In this document: in pieces, positions 24,324 through 33,072 of the stretch
Layout of the letters: each line of letters opens with the position of its first letter
Numbering within the stretch: the first letter of the stretch is position 1
Assembly (NCBI GenBank): GCA_964534555.1
Contig: CAZHRK010000001.1
Coordinates: 592,904 to 656,903, forward strand
Length of the DNA stretch: 64,000 bases
DNA from: an uncultured Pseudomonadota bacterium
Lineage (GTDB): Bacteria > Babelota > Babeliae > Babelales > RVW-14
Direction: 5' to 3'
Position numbers and translations under genes: made by a program
The notes under the pieces: model-generated
Seen by the model: the letters and a program-made list of their open reading frames with translations, nothing else
The model's database searches: none
What the model was told of the DNA's origin: nothing

Positions 24324-25847
24324 TTAGAGTGGGGTGTTGCCGTGCTTTTTGCCTGGCAGCTTTTCTACTTTATCTTTCAGCAGCGAAACTGCTTTGATCA
24401 GCTGCTCTCGTGTTTTATCCGGTTGGATTATTGCATCGATATACCCAGATTGAGCCGCTTGCAGAGGGTTTAAGAATGTTTCTTCATACACTGCTTCCAG
24501 CTCAGCTTGTCTGATTTTTCGTGCATCATCAGGCAAGCCAGCAAGCTCTTTTCCATGGGTGATTGTCACACCCGCTTTGCTGCCAAGCACAGCTATTTGT
24601 GCTGTTGGCCATGCGAAATTTAAATCAGACCCTAGCTCTTTGCTTCCCATAACGATGTAGGCACCACCAAATGCTTTGCGTAGAATAAGCGTTATTTTAG
24701 GTGTTGTAGCGCTCGCGTAGGCATACAAAAGTTTTGCACCATGGCGAATAATCCCGCCATGCTCTTGATCGATCCCAGGCAGATAGCCTGGTGTATCAAC
24801 AAGCGTTATAATTGGAATTGAAAAGCTATCGCAAAAACTGACAAAGCGAGCAGCTTTGCATGATGCGTCAATATCGATGCATCCGGCTTTTACCTGCGGC
24901 TGATTTGCAACGATTCCAACGCATGCTCCACCCATTCGTGCAAGTCCGGTGACAATATTTTGTGCATAAAGCGCCTGGATCTCAAAAAAGCTTCCATCAT
25001 CAACAAGCGCATTAATAATGTCTTTAACTGAATATGGCGCTTGCGCGCTCTCTGGAAGGGGCATAAGCATTTTACCCGGGCTTTGTGCAAAGAGCGCTGG
25101 GGGTGTGTCAAGGTATGAACTTGGTAGGTATGATAAAAGCTCTTTGAGTGCTTGAAAGCAGTCAAGCTCGGTATCATACACGCAGTGGGCAACCCCAGAA
25201 AGCCGTGCATGAGCCTCCCATCCACCAAGTGCTTCTTTTGTAATTGTTTGGTGCAAAACTTCTTGAATCACTTGCGGACCAGTGATAAACATTTGGCTGA
25301 TTGTTTTTGTCATAAAGACAAAGTCAGTGAGCGCTGGCGAGTACACCGCGCCGCCTGCGCATGGGCCAACAATGAGCGAAATTTGTGGGATAACACCTGA
25401 GTATTTTGCATTACGCGCAAAAATTTTGCCGTAACCAGCAAGGGCATGGATCCCTTCTTCGATTCGCGCGCCCCCTGAATCAATAATTCCAATCACAGGG
25501 CACCCAATTTTGGCAGCCATATCCATTATTTTGCATATTTTTTCTGCGTGACGAGCTCCAAGAGAGCCACCTTTAAATGTAAAGTCTTGAGAATACAGAG
25601 CCACGGTGCGACCATTGACGGTACCGTAGCCGGTGATAACCCCATCGGTTGGCTGTGGATCAGGTATAAGTGATGAGTGTGCAAGTTGATCTGTCTCAAT
25701 AAAGCTTTCTTGATCGAGAAGAAGGTTGATACGCTCGCGTGCAGTTAATTTGCCAGCGGCTTTTTGACGTTCAATTCTTGTGCTATCAGCACCATGTAGA
25801 GCTTTTTGTTCGAGCGATTTGATAGTGAGAGCACCTTGTGCGTCCAT
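24324..25847 (-). CDS. Acyl-CoA carboxylase carboxyltransferase subunit (PccB/AccD5/MmdA-like)
   Basis: GKLTARERINLLLD, GGSLG, the SLIVGPCAGGAVYSPALTDF oxyanion region, and a second CT half (ANQPQVKAGCIDIDASCKAARFV). The track ORF starts at 25913. The ATG at 25847 gives the usual N-terminal length. Confidence 0.85.
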   Translation of the reverse strand: MDAQGALTIKSLEQKALHGADSTRIERQKAAGKLTARERINLLLDQESFIETDQLAHSSLIPDPQPTDGVITGYGTVNGRTVALYSQDFTFKGGSLGARHAEKICKIMDMAAKIGCPVIGIIDSGGARIEEGIHALAGYGKIFARNAKYSGVIPQISLIVGPCAGGAVYSPALTDFVFMTKTISQMFITGPQVIQEVLHQTITKEALGGWEAHARLSGVAHCVYDTELDCFQALKELLSYLPSSYLDTPPALFAQSPGKMLMPLPESAQAPYSVKDIINALVDDGSFFEIQALYAQNIVTGLARMGGACVGIVANQPQVKAGCIDIDASCKAARFVSFCDSFSIPIITLVDTPGYLPGIDQEHGGIIRHGAKLLYAYASATTPKITLILRKAFGGAYIVMGSKELGSDLNFAWPTAQIAVLGSKAGVTITHGKELAGLPDDARKIRQAELEAVYEETFLNPLQAAQSGYIDAIIQPDKTREQLIKAVSLLKDKVEKLPGKKHGNTPL

Positions 25848-25999
25848 GCTTTGCCTGCTACCGCCAAAAATTATACCTTCGACTTTACATCCAGAGGGTA
25901 GGCAGTATAACATTATGAAAAATCGTTTTCAAACAGGTCGGCAGTGAGCGCACACCCCACCACGCATGATGCACAAAGCCAATTGGGAGCGGTTTTCCA

Positions 26000-26566
26000 A
26001 TGAGAAAGAAAAGGGATTGTAGCATGAAGCATCTGCCTGGGCAGAAAGATACAAGTGTTGCGTGGTTTAAACTTTCAGAACTTATTGCACGAGGTGAGTG
26101 TGAAAAGGCGCTTACCGTCTTTAAACTGCTCTCTCATTCGCTTCCTGATAAAGCCTATGTGCTCCAGGTTGAGGGCGATATTTTGTGGTATCTTGATGAT
26201 GCCCGAGCATTAGAAAAGTACAAACAGGCAGCATTTTTATATCAAAAAGAGAAACGTTTAATCGACGCAGTCTCTATCTACGAGCATCTTTTCACGCAGC
26301 GACCAGAGCGATCTGATCTTTTGTCTAACCTTTTGGTTACCTACGCGCTTCTTGATTGGCCAGAAAAGTTTTCAACTCGCCTGCAGATCATGGTTGAGCG
26401 TTATGACAAACAAATTGTTGACCGTCTTTTTGTTGAAAAAGCTTGTCAGGACGTCTTTATAGCAGTGTGCCCAACGCCTGAATCAAAGCCAAAAGAGTGG
26501 CTTTTAGCAGCCCTTCAAGCACAGCCTATGCTCCCTGCATCGTGCAGTGATTTATTTAAATCTTGA
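26000..26566 (+). CDS. Hypothetical helical (TPR-like) protein
   Basis: 188-aa ORF with helical-repeat-like sequence (ALEKYKQAAFLYQKEKRLIDAVSIYEHLF). No specific family recognised. Confidence 0.45.
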   Translation: MRKKRDCSMKHLPGQKDTSVAWFKLSELIARGECEKALTVFKLLSHSLPDKAYVLQVEGDILWYLDDARALEKYKQAAFLYQKEKRLIDAVSIYEHLFTQRPERSDLLSNLLVTYALLDWPEKFSTRLQIMVERYDKQIVDRLFVEKACQDVFIAVCPTPESKPKEWLLAALQAQPMLPASCSDLFKS

Positions 26567-26576
26567 TCAGTGTTAT

Positions 26577-27011
26577 TTATACGCCAAGAGCTTCTTTAAG
26601 CTCTGCTGGGGCTTCTCTTGATAAATAATACCCAGCGGTGTGGCCGTCTTCATCTGTAATCCGTGGGTTTGCACCTCGGATAAGCAGCATTGCAGCAAGT
26701 TGGTACATCCCATTACTAGCTGCATAGTGCAGGGCTGTACGCTTTTTATGCCCACTGGTTTTGTTGATAAATACTTGTTTTATGGCAGATGGTGCATTCC
26801 ATGCGTCATATGTTTCAATAATCTGGCTAGCTTCTGTCATGTCACTTTTCATAGCTGCCTCAATCAGGGCATCCTCTGCAAAGCCTTCTATAATAAAGCT
26901 TGCTTATCGATGCAGTGCCGCAGGACCCATTATAGGTGGGAGTCCGGCTGCAGTTATGTGCTGGGCAGCAGCTGATAGTGCTAATAAAAGTATCAGGCTT
27001 TTTCTGTTCAT
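26577..27011 (-). pseudogene. Secreted ankyrin-repeat protein interrupted by one in-frame TAA (codon 36)
   Basis: ATG at 27011 gives MNRKSLILLLALSAAAQHITAAGLPPIMGPAALHR, then TAA (26906-26904), then in the same frame ASFIIEGFAEDALIEAAMKSD...GHKKRTALHYAASNGMYQLAAMLLIRGANPRITDEDGHTAGYY. The first ANK-like repeat spans the stop. Confidence 0.6.
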
Positions 27012-27194
27012 GAGTGCGTTCACTTATTTAAAAACTAACCAAGTAACAGTTTTATCTTACTATCAAATATTTCAGATTGTAAATATTTTTAAATCAAGCA
27101 AACCATATTACCAGATTTAACTCACTGTTAAAATCAAAAAATAGGCATCGCGGCTTACGCTGTATCTGTAAAATACTGCTATAAAGGGGGTTAT

Positions 27195-27647
27195 ATGCTA
27201 TTTCAGTATGTTTGCTCATGTATCCTGGTTATTGCTGTTGCCTGTGCTCATACGTTGCTGTTGTCTGGGAGTAAACCTGCGCAAGAGCGCTCTGGACTAG
27301 CACGATTTGCAGCAGGGGAAGGCGATGATGCTGAGCCGCGGATTATAGCGCCTGCTGCTCCAGCCGCTGAGGGTGGGCGTAAAGCAGCTGATGTATTACC
27401 TAGCCGCCCACGTATTGCCCGGTTTGTAGCAAGTGAAGAGGATGATGGTGAGGTCAGAGTAGTAACTCCTCACTCTTTGGCAGAAGGTGGGGCAACAGCT
27501 TCAAGTGTGTCGATAGGTGAGCGCGCTGAGTCTGATGCATCAAAAGATGAAGCAGCCCAAACGCTTGATTTAGACGGTATAGCAATTGATTTGGGGCCAA
27601 GTGATGGCACTAGTGCTGATCAAAGCTCTGCTGAACCTGTTAAATAA
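27195..27647 (+). CDS. Secreted low-complexity acidic protein with a 2 x ~27-aa tandem repeat
   Basis: SD aaggggg. Hydrophobic N-terminus. GC-rich Ala/Glu/Gly/Asp composition. Confidence 0.6.
   Translation: MLFQYVCSCILVIAVACAHTLLLSGSKPAQERSGLARFAAGEGDDAEPRIIAPAAPAAEGGRKAADVLPSRPRIARFVASEEDDGEVRVVTPHSLAEGGATASSVSIGERAESDASKDEAAQTLDLDGIAIDLGPSDGTSADQSSAEPVK
27297..27491 (+). repeat. Intragenic tandem repeat (2 copies, 12 aa apart)
   Basis: LARFAAGEGDDAEPRIIAPAAPAAEGG versus IARFVASEEDDGEVRVVTPHSLAEGG. Confidence 0.8.
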
Positions 27648-27649
27648 AT

Positions 27650-27684
27650 AGAGGGCCTCTGAAAAATGGTTTCAGAGGCCCTCT
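27650..27684. terminator. Perfect 15-bp hairpin between convergent genes (bidirectional terminator candidate)
   Basis: agagggcctctgaaa-aatgg-tttcagaggccctct. Confidence 0.6.
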
Positions 27685-27702
27685 AGTATAAACAAAGTGT
27701 TA

Positions 27703-30339
27703 TTAAGCTCGGTCTGACGGCATCATAACCATCAGCACACGCTCATCAATCCCTCGTACAGGGCTTAATAAAATCTCTGGATTGCTGTAGCAGAGCTCAG
27801 CAACTAATCGTGTGTCGCCAGGTGTCATTGCGCGTTTTCCTTTTGCAGGGGATTTTGCACCGCCTGCGTGGCCTACGCCCTTACTTGGGCTTGCAGATTT
27901 AGCAAGGTCGGTAAATTTTATTGCTGATACCAAGTCTGGTTTATCTTTTAATTTGCTCAAAAGACTTTTCAGGTCAGTTGAAACAACCATGTGCAGCGGA
28001 TGCAGCGTGATAACACGCAGAGGAATAAGCTTACTGCCTTCTAATCTGCACTCAAGAACAATACGTGATGCCATTCTTATATCAGATTTTGCGGTAGGTG
28101 ATTTATGCATAATATCTGCTGCAACGCGCACAAAATCACATCCATCTCTTAAGGTAACTTCTCGTCTTAGCAGGCATGGTCCTAGGTCAGCAAGATCTGG
28201 GAGTGATGATTCTCTTGTGCCGCTCCCACCTGTAGCGCGTCCGCCCCCTGTAGCGCATGTGCCTCTGGTTGCTCCGTATGATACAGCAGTTGACGCTGCA
28301 GCTCTGGAAGTAGTTGTGCTTGTATCGTCAGCTAAGGCTTCATTAACAAGTATATCAATACACTGAAAAAGCTGTCTGCCTTGTAGTCCGCGGCCAAATA
28401 AGAGTGATGAGCGCTTTGTGTCTTTGCTAATTTCATCCCTATTGTCGCGTCGTTCAGCATCAGATGCAAAAATACTAAAAGCTCTTCCTGTGTACTCAAT
28501 TTCAAACGTATCAGTAATTTTGCACCAATTAAGTACAGTAGCTGAAACAATTCCGCTACCGATTCCAAGAGGAGTTTCATTGGTGTCATTATCAAAAATG
28601 TAGGCATATTTTTTATCACGATCGCACGCAGCATAAAGCTCATCAGTCATAATGTGCCCCCCTCCAACTTTTGCAGCAGCAGGAGATTCTGCAGATCCTG
28701 GGGTGATTTCAGCAGTTGGAGATAAGATGTGTAAGTGATTAACAAAAACATGTCTTGCGCCAGCACCATATGATGGATTAAGCGTCTGCGCAAGAGATAT
28801 AAGCTCTTGTGTAAGCATTTGATGATATGTTGTATCGCCAGCGGTGTAGAGCGCAGCATCATTAATTTTTTTATCTAGGGCTCTAAGGCATCGTGTAGCC
28901 ATACCGCCGTCAATCATATCACGGCATGATGTAATAATTCTTTTACACAGCGCGATATTTGTGCGCAAATGTGCTTTGGTGTAGTAATGATTCATAAGCA
29001 GTGAGACTGTCTTTTTCTTCAAGTCAGACGTGATGACACGTGGTGCAAGTGTTATAATTTTATTAAATGCGGTAATCGTGCTAGTAACGTACGTTTCAAG
29101 CGATGCAGCATCAATTCCTTCAGTTTGATAAAGCGGCATAAATACTTGTAAAAACGCCTCTTTGAGCTCGTCTGCAGCAATCGTTTCAAGGCTGATTCTT
29201 GCATCAGGCACAAGGCTTAGTGCATGGAGTATGATTGCATGTATAATCGTGCGATGCTGGATACTTTTTCCATGAGCACAAATAAGGTTTGCAAGAGCAG
29301 TGATAATACTTAACGCTTCGGTGCTTGCAGTTGCAATTAATCGATGTGATCGCCATGCTGCTCGTGGATTTAGGCATAATTCAACAAAAGAGTGCCACTC
29401 AATTGTTTGAATTATTCCAAACGCTTCTGTGAGTCCTGCAGGTATTTTAATGCTCAGGTCATCTGTTGCATCATCTGCAGCAAAAACTAAGCTACAAAGT
29501 GGTATAAATGTATCAAGCAGTGAGTCGTAAAGATCATGCTTCTCTGCAGATGCTCGAGTTGTTCCAGCAGTTGCTGTGAGCTCTTGTGCGTACTGAAGCA
29601 CGTGATGAATAAACCAGTGCACAATGTCTGTTGAGGTAAAGGTATCAGTAGCAAGCGATCCTGGGCTGTCTGGTGATGGTGTTGCTGTTCCTGCGCCGCC
29701 CACAAGCCCGAGTACAGATACTGGACGTCGTGCAGAAAAAGTTGGTGTGCGTGGTGTTGATCGACCTGTTGATGGTGAAAATAATCGCCCAACAAATGCC
29801 GCAGCGTCTGTTGGTGTCCCGAGTGCGGTATCAACAGTGCTGTCTCTGAGTGTTGGTTTTGCGCTTACTCCAATTTCAGGTGAACCTTGAGGCATTCGGC
29901 CAGCTTCAGCAAGTACATCGGTAATATCTTTATCATCATCTACATCTACTGGTGGCAGGTGGTGATGAGTAGACGTTTCTTCTGTTTCAAAAGTTAATTC
30001 TCGTACCGGTGCGTAACTAGGGGTTCTTGTCAGTACCAATGGAGTACCGATGCTAGCAGCAGTACCATCAATTGGATCTTTGCTTTCGCTTGCACCTCGC
30101 CCAAGGGCAGTACCTCCTCGGGGAGGCGTTTTATATTCAGCTCGCTGTGGTGAGCCATGCAGCCTAAACGCAGAGCTATGAGCTACTGCGCTTGGTGGCG
30201 GTGTAACACATCTGCTTGCAGCACCAGCTGTACTGGTAGCAGCATGTGTAGTTTCATCTGCTGGGCGTGAGCTACCAGCTGACATAAACGAGTGGCATGC
30301 GCTGAGTAACGCGCATATAAAAGCAAGTAAAGTAACCAT
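27703..30339 (-). CDS. Large secreted ORFan (878 aa): signal peptide, ~230-aa disordered region, then helical and C-terminal domains
   Basis: MVTLLAFICALLSACHSFMSAG signal. The N-terminal third is rich in Pro/Thr/Ser/Ala/Gly/Arg. No family motif recognised. Lys/Gly/Ala-rich patch near the C-terminus. Confidence 0.7.
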   Translation of the reverse strand: MVTLLAFICALLSACHSFMSAGSSRPADETTHAATSTAGAASRCVTPPPSAVAHSSAFRLHGSPQRAEYKTPPRGGTALGRGASESKDPIDGTAASIGTPLVLTRTPSYAPVRELTFETEETSTHHHLPPVDVDDDKDITDVLAEAGRMPQGSPEIGVSAKPTLRDSTVDTALGTPTDAAAFVGRLFSPSTGRSTPRTPTFSARRPVSVLGLVGGAGTATPSPDSPGSLATDTFTSTDIVHWFIHHVLQYAQELTATAGTTRASAEKHDLYDSLLDTFIPLCSLVFAADDATDDLSIKIPAGLTEAFGIIQTIEWHSFVELCLNPRAAWRSHRLIATASTEALSIITALANLICAHGKSIQHRTIIHAIILHALSLVPDARISLETIAADELKEAFLQVFMPLYQTEGIDAASLETYVTSTITAFNKIITLAPRVITSDLKKKTVSLLMNHYYTKAHLRTNIALCKRIITSCRDMIDGGMATRCLRALDKKINDAALYTAGDTTYHQMLTQELISLAQTLNPSYGAGARHVFVNHLHILSPTAEITPGSAESPAAAKVGGGHIMTDELYAACDRDKKYAYIFDNDTNETPLGIGSGIVSATVLNWCKITDTFEIEYTGRAFSIFASDAERRDNRDEISKDTKRSSLLFGRGLQGRQLFQCIDILVNEALADDTSTTTSRAAASTAVSYGATRGTCATGGGRATGGSGTRESSLPDLADLGPCLLRREVTLRDGCDFVRVAADIMHKSPTAKSDIRMASRIVLECRLEGSKLIPLRVITLHPLHMVVSTDLKSLLSKLKDKPDLVSAIKFTDLAKSASPSKGVGHAGGAKSPAKGKRAMTPGDTRLVAELCYSNPEILLSPVRGIDERVLMVMMPSDRA

Positions 30340-30739
30340 GAGTACGCTCCGGGCTAAAAACCCTTTTTATTCTAAAAATCATTTTTTAATATTCTAATTG
30401 AATTTACGCATTCATAAAAACGTTAGAAAATACACTTTTTAGCCGCCTGTATGCGTAAAAATACTGTAGAGCACTCGCTTTTGTAGTAAAAACTGGGGTT
30501 TTGTATCATTTGTGCATAAGGAGAGTTCAAAACACGTAAATTTTGTGCGTTTTACACCCGAGAAAGCCTTTTGGTAGGCTACTTCCCCACAACCTAACAA
30601 GGGAAGTGGAGGTTATCACGAGGCCTCTTTGCCGCTCAGGTTAAAAGCACTAAAAAACAGATGATTCTGAGGCGATTTTCTTTAAAAAGCTCAAAAAATC
30701 ATGTTTTGTGTGCTTTATTCGATTAGAAATATTTTCTAT

Positions 30740-30767
30740 TTGACATTATGCCTGTGGGTGGTAAAGT
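30740..30767 (+). promoter_or_regulatory. Sigma70-like promoter candidate for the 30841 operon
   Basis: TTGACA (30740-30745), 16-nt spacer, TAAAGT (30762-30767), ~75 nt upstream of the ATG. Confidence 0.3.
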
Positions 30768-30840
30768 AGACCTATAGTTATCAAGGCATCTAAGGTTTAG
30801 CTGTCTGGGTACTTAAATTTTATAGTGGGGGTTATCACAT

Positions 30841-32211
30841 ATGAAACGTATATTATCATTAGTTATGGCAGGACTTGTTGCCATTTCAGGTAGTGTGACT
30901 GTTGATGCTTCTGGTCGTAGACCAGCAAGAAAAAGAACACAGGCACTTAGAGCGGAGAATGCGTCTTCATCGGCACAGAGAGCAGCACGAGCTGCCCGAG
31001 TTGCGCGAAGAGCAGGCCTGCGTAATGCTGCTGAAGCCGCAATGGTTGAAGCTGCAGTTGCATATGTTAATGATATCGTCCAAGAAACCGGCGTCATGAC
31101 GCGAGCTGCACGTAGACGTGCAGGCGTAGCGCTTGAACCGATTGCGCTTCCGGCTGCCCGTGTGAGAGCTCACCGCGCTGCTGATGGTGGTTTGGTTATT
31201 AATGCTGGCCGTGGTATTACCATTAAAATTGGTGAAGTTGTTGGCCGAGCTAAAAAAGTTGTCGGCGGCTCTATTAAATCAGAGTCTGCTGTTCTTAAAG
31301 TGTTTAATGACCTTGTTACAGCGCTTTCAAGCCCTGCGACTAAAGATGGTGCGTTAAGCTATTTACGCGAAAAATTTACGACGCTTGAAGGTTTTAGAGA
31401 CGAGCTTCTGTTGCCTGCTCTTGAGCAAGCAATTGCACGAGGTATTACTCCAGCGCAAGTTGAAACTTGGAAAGCTGCTATTAATCAAGTGAGCCCACAT
31501 TTTGGTCTCCAGATTATTCCAGTAGCCGACGTAAATACTAACCTTGATGCTGATGCTGCTGATGCTGCTGTAGCGCCTGTACCTGCTGATGTTGCAATTC
31601 AGGTAAATGGTACAGAGCTTGCACCTGCGCAAGCCGCACGATTCATGAGCCGTAACGCACAAATAGCTGCATATGTTGCTGTGTTTGGTGCGTGTGCGCT
31701 TGGAGTCCATGTGTACGGACCGACTGTGGTGCTTACATTTATTGCAAAAGCTGCTGTGTCTACAGTTGCGGGTAGTGCTACACGAGCTGCGCTTTCTGGC
31801 GCTGGTTGCTCAGATACGGTTGCAACAGCTGGTGGTATGGTAGCTGGGTTTGCAACGGGAAGCTTTGCTGCGCCGCACATTGATGCGCTTGCAGGTATTG
31901 CAACTCCTGCTGCTGAATTAGTTGCTGAGCGTGCTGCTCATGCTGCAACGCGCGGTGTACTAACAACGACAAATACAACACTTACTGAAACGACCGCCAG
32001 ACTTGCTGCCACAACAACAGAACTGACGACTGAACGTGCCGCTCATGCTGCAACAACGGGTTTACTAGATGCTTCATATGTTGCGCATAATGCTACGACA
32101 GCTGCGCTGGGAACATGTACAACTGATCTTGCTGCTGCAAGGTTGGCTGCTACAAAGCCTGTTGGTTTGCTCCAAAAAACTGGGGCTTGGGTTGCTGGTT
32201 TGTGGAAATAA
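30841..32211 (+). CDS. Exported Ala-rich ORFan (456 aa) with a central bilobed hydrophobic region and Thr/Ala-rich C-terminal repeats
   Basis: Extended SD gtgggggttatcac. Signal MKRILSLVMAGLVAISGSVTV. Arg/Ala-rich N-region. Hydrophobic IAAYVAVFGACALGVHVYGPTVVLTFIAKAAV and GGMVAGFATGSFAAP. ERAAHAAT-x-G-x-L occurs twice. Confidence 0.7.
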   Translation: MKRILSLVMAGLVAISGSVTVDASGRRPARKRTQALRAENASSSAQRAARAARVARRAGLRNAAEAAMVEAAVAYVNDIVQETGVMTRAARRRAGVALEPIALPAARVRAHRAADGGLVINAGRGITIKIGEVVGRAKKVVGGSIKSESAVLKVFNDLVTALSSPATKDGALSYLREKFTTLEGFRDELLLPALEQAIARGITPAQVETWKAAINQVSPHFGLQIIPVADVNTNLDADAADAAVAPVPADVAIQVNGTELAPAQAARFMSRNAQIAAYVAVFGACALGVHVYGPTVVLTFIAKAAVSTVAGSATRAALSGAGCSDTVATAGGMVAGFATGSFAAPHIDALAGIATPAAELVAERAAHAATRGVLTTTNTTLTETTARLAATTTELTTERAAHAATTGLLDASYVAHNATTAALGTCTTDLAAARLAATKPVGLLQKTGAWVAGLWK

Positions 32212-32252
32212 ACACATAAATTGTAGTTTGAGAAATGTTTGAGGGGTTTAAA

Positions 32253-33035
32253 ATGAAAATTATGAAAATAGTATTATTCAATTTGTTTGGGATCTTTGCA
32301 TCAGTGCTTAATGTATCTGCTGCTGCAGCTCCAACTGTTGCTGATTTTAAAAAAGATAAAGTAACTTTAGCGCAGTGTTATTTTTTATCTAATTGCTGCG
32401 CGGCAACTCCATCAGTTGATGTGATTATTGGTGAACTGCGCGATGTTGCTCGTTCTACTCATACGGATATTCCATCTTTGGTGCGAGCAAAATTTTCTGC
32501 GGCACGAAGCTTTAAAATTCCCGTTGCAGATTTTTTTGGTTTTGACTACGCATCTGGTAGAGCAAAAATTATGACACAGTACTTTAGAGATTTTTATCGT
32601 ACGCTGATGACTGACCATGGTCTGCCAGATGAAGTAAAAAATCCTCAATTTGTAGCATCAGTTTTGGTTGGATTTATACAGAGTATTCTCATGAGCCCAG
32701 GAACACTCAGAGACGAATTTATTGGAACATACTCACTTGATATTAACTCTGGTTTATTTAGAGGGCTTCGTGGGATGGAGGGTTGGTCACGAACAATTAC
32801 AGACCGAGAAGGTGGTTTTTTGTCTAGAGGCTTGCTTGATGATGAGATTACTAGATTATTGCCAACTTACCTTGGTAGTAGTTTTGAAAAAGAAAGAAGA
32901 GAGCGTGCGGAAGCTATTGTTGCAGCAAAAGGGTCTACCCTTACAGCAAAAATAATGACTGGATTATTAATTGTAGCAACAATTGTGTACGTAGTTAATG
33001 AACTGTCTATTGGGTGGGATAAAAGAACTGCCTAG
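32253..33035 (+). CDS. Exported ORFan with a C-terminal transmembrane anchor
   Basis: SD gagggg 6 nt before the ATG at 32253 (the track start at 32235 is less likely). Signal MKIMKIVLFNLFGIFASVLNVSAAAA. C-terminal IMTGLLIVATIVYVVNELSIGW. Confidence 0.6.
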   Translation: MKIMKIVLFNLFGIFASVLNVSAAAAPTVADFKKDKVTLAQCYFLSNCCAATPSVDVIIGELRDVARSTHTDIPSLVRAKFSAARSFKIPVADFFGFDYASGRAKIMTQYFRDFYRTLMTDHGLPDEVKNPQFVASVLVGFIQSILMSPGTLRDEFIGTYSLDINSGLFRGLRGMEGWSRTITDREGGFLSRGLLDDEITRLLPTYLGSSFEKERRERAEAIVAAKGSTLTAKIMTGLLIVATIVYVVNELSIGWDKRTA

Positions 33036-33072
33036 TTTAAATCGAATATAACATAATACGGAGGTTATTATT

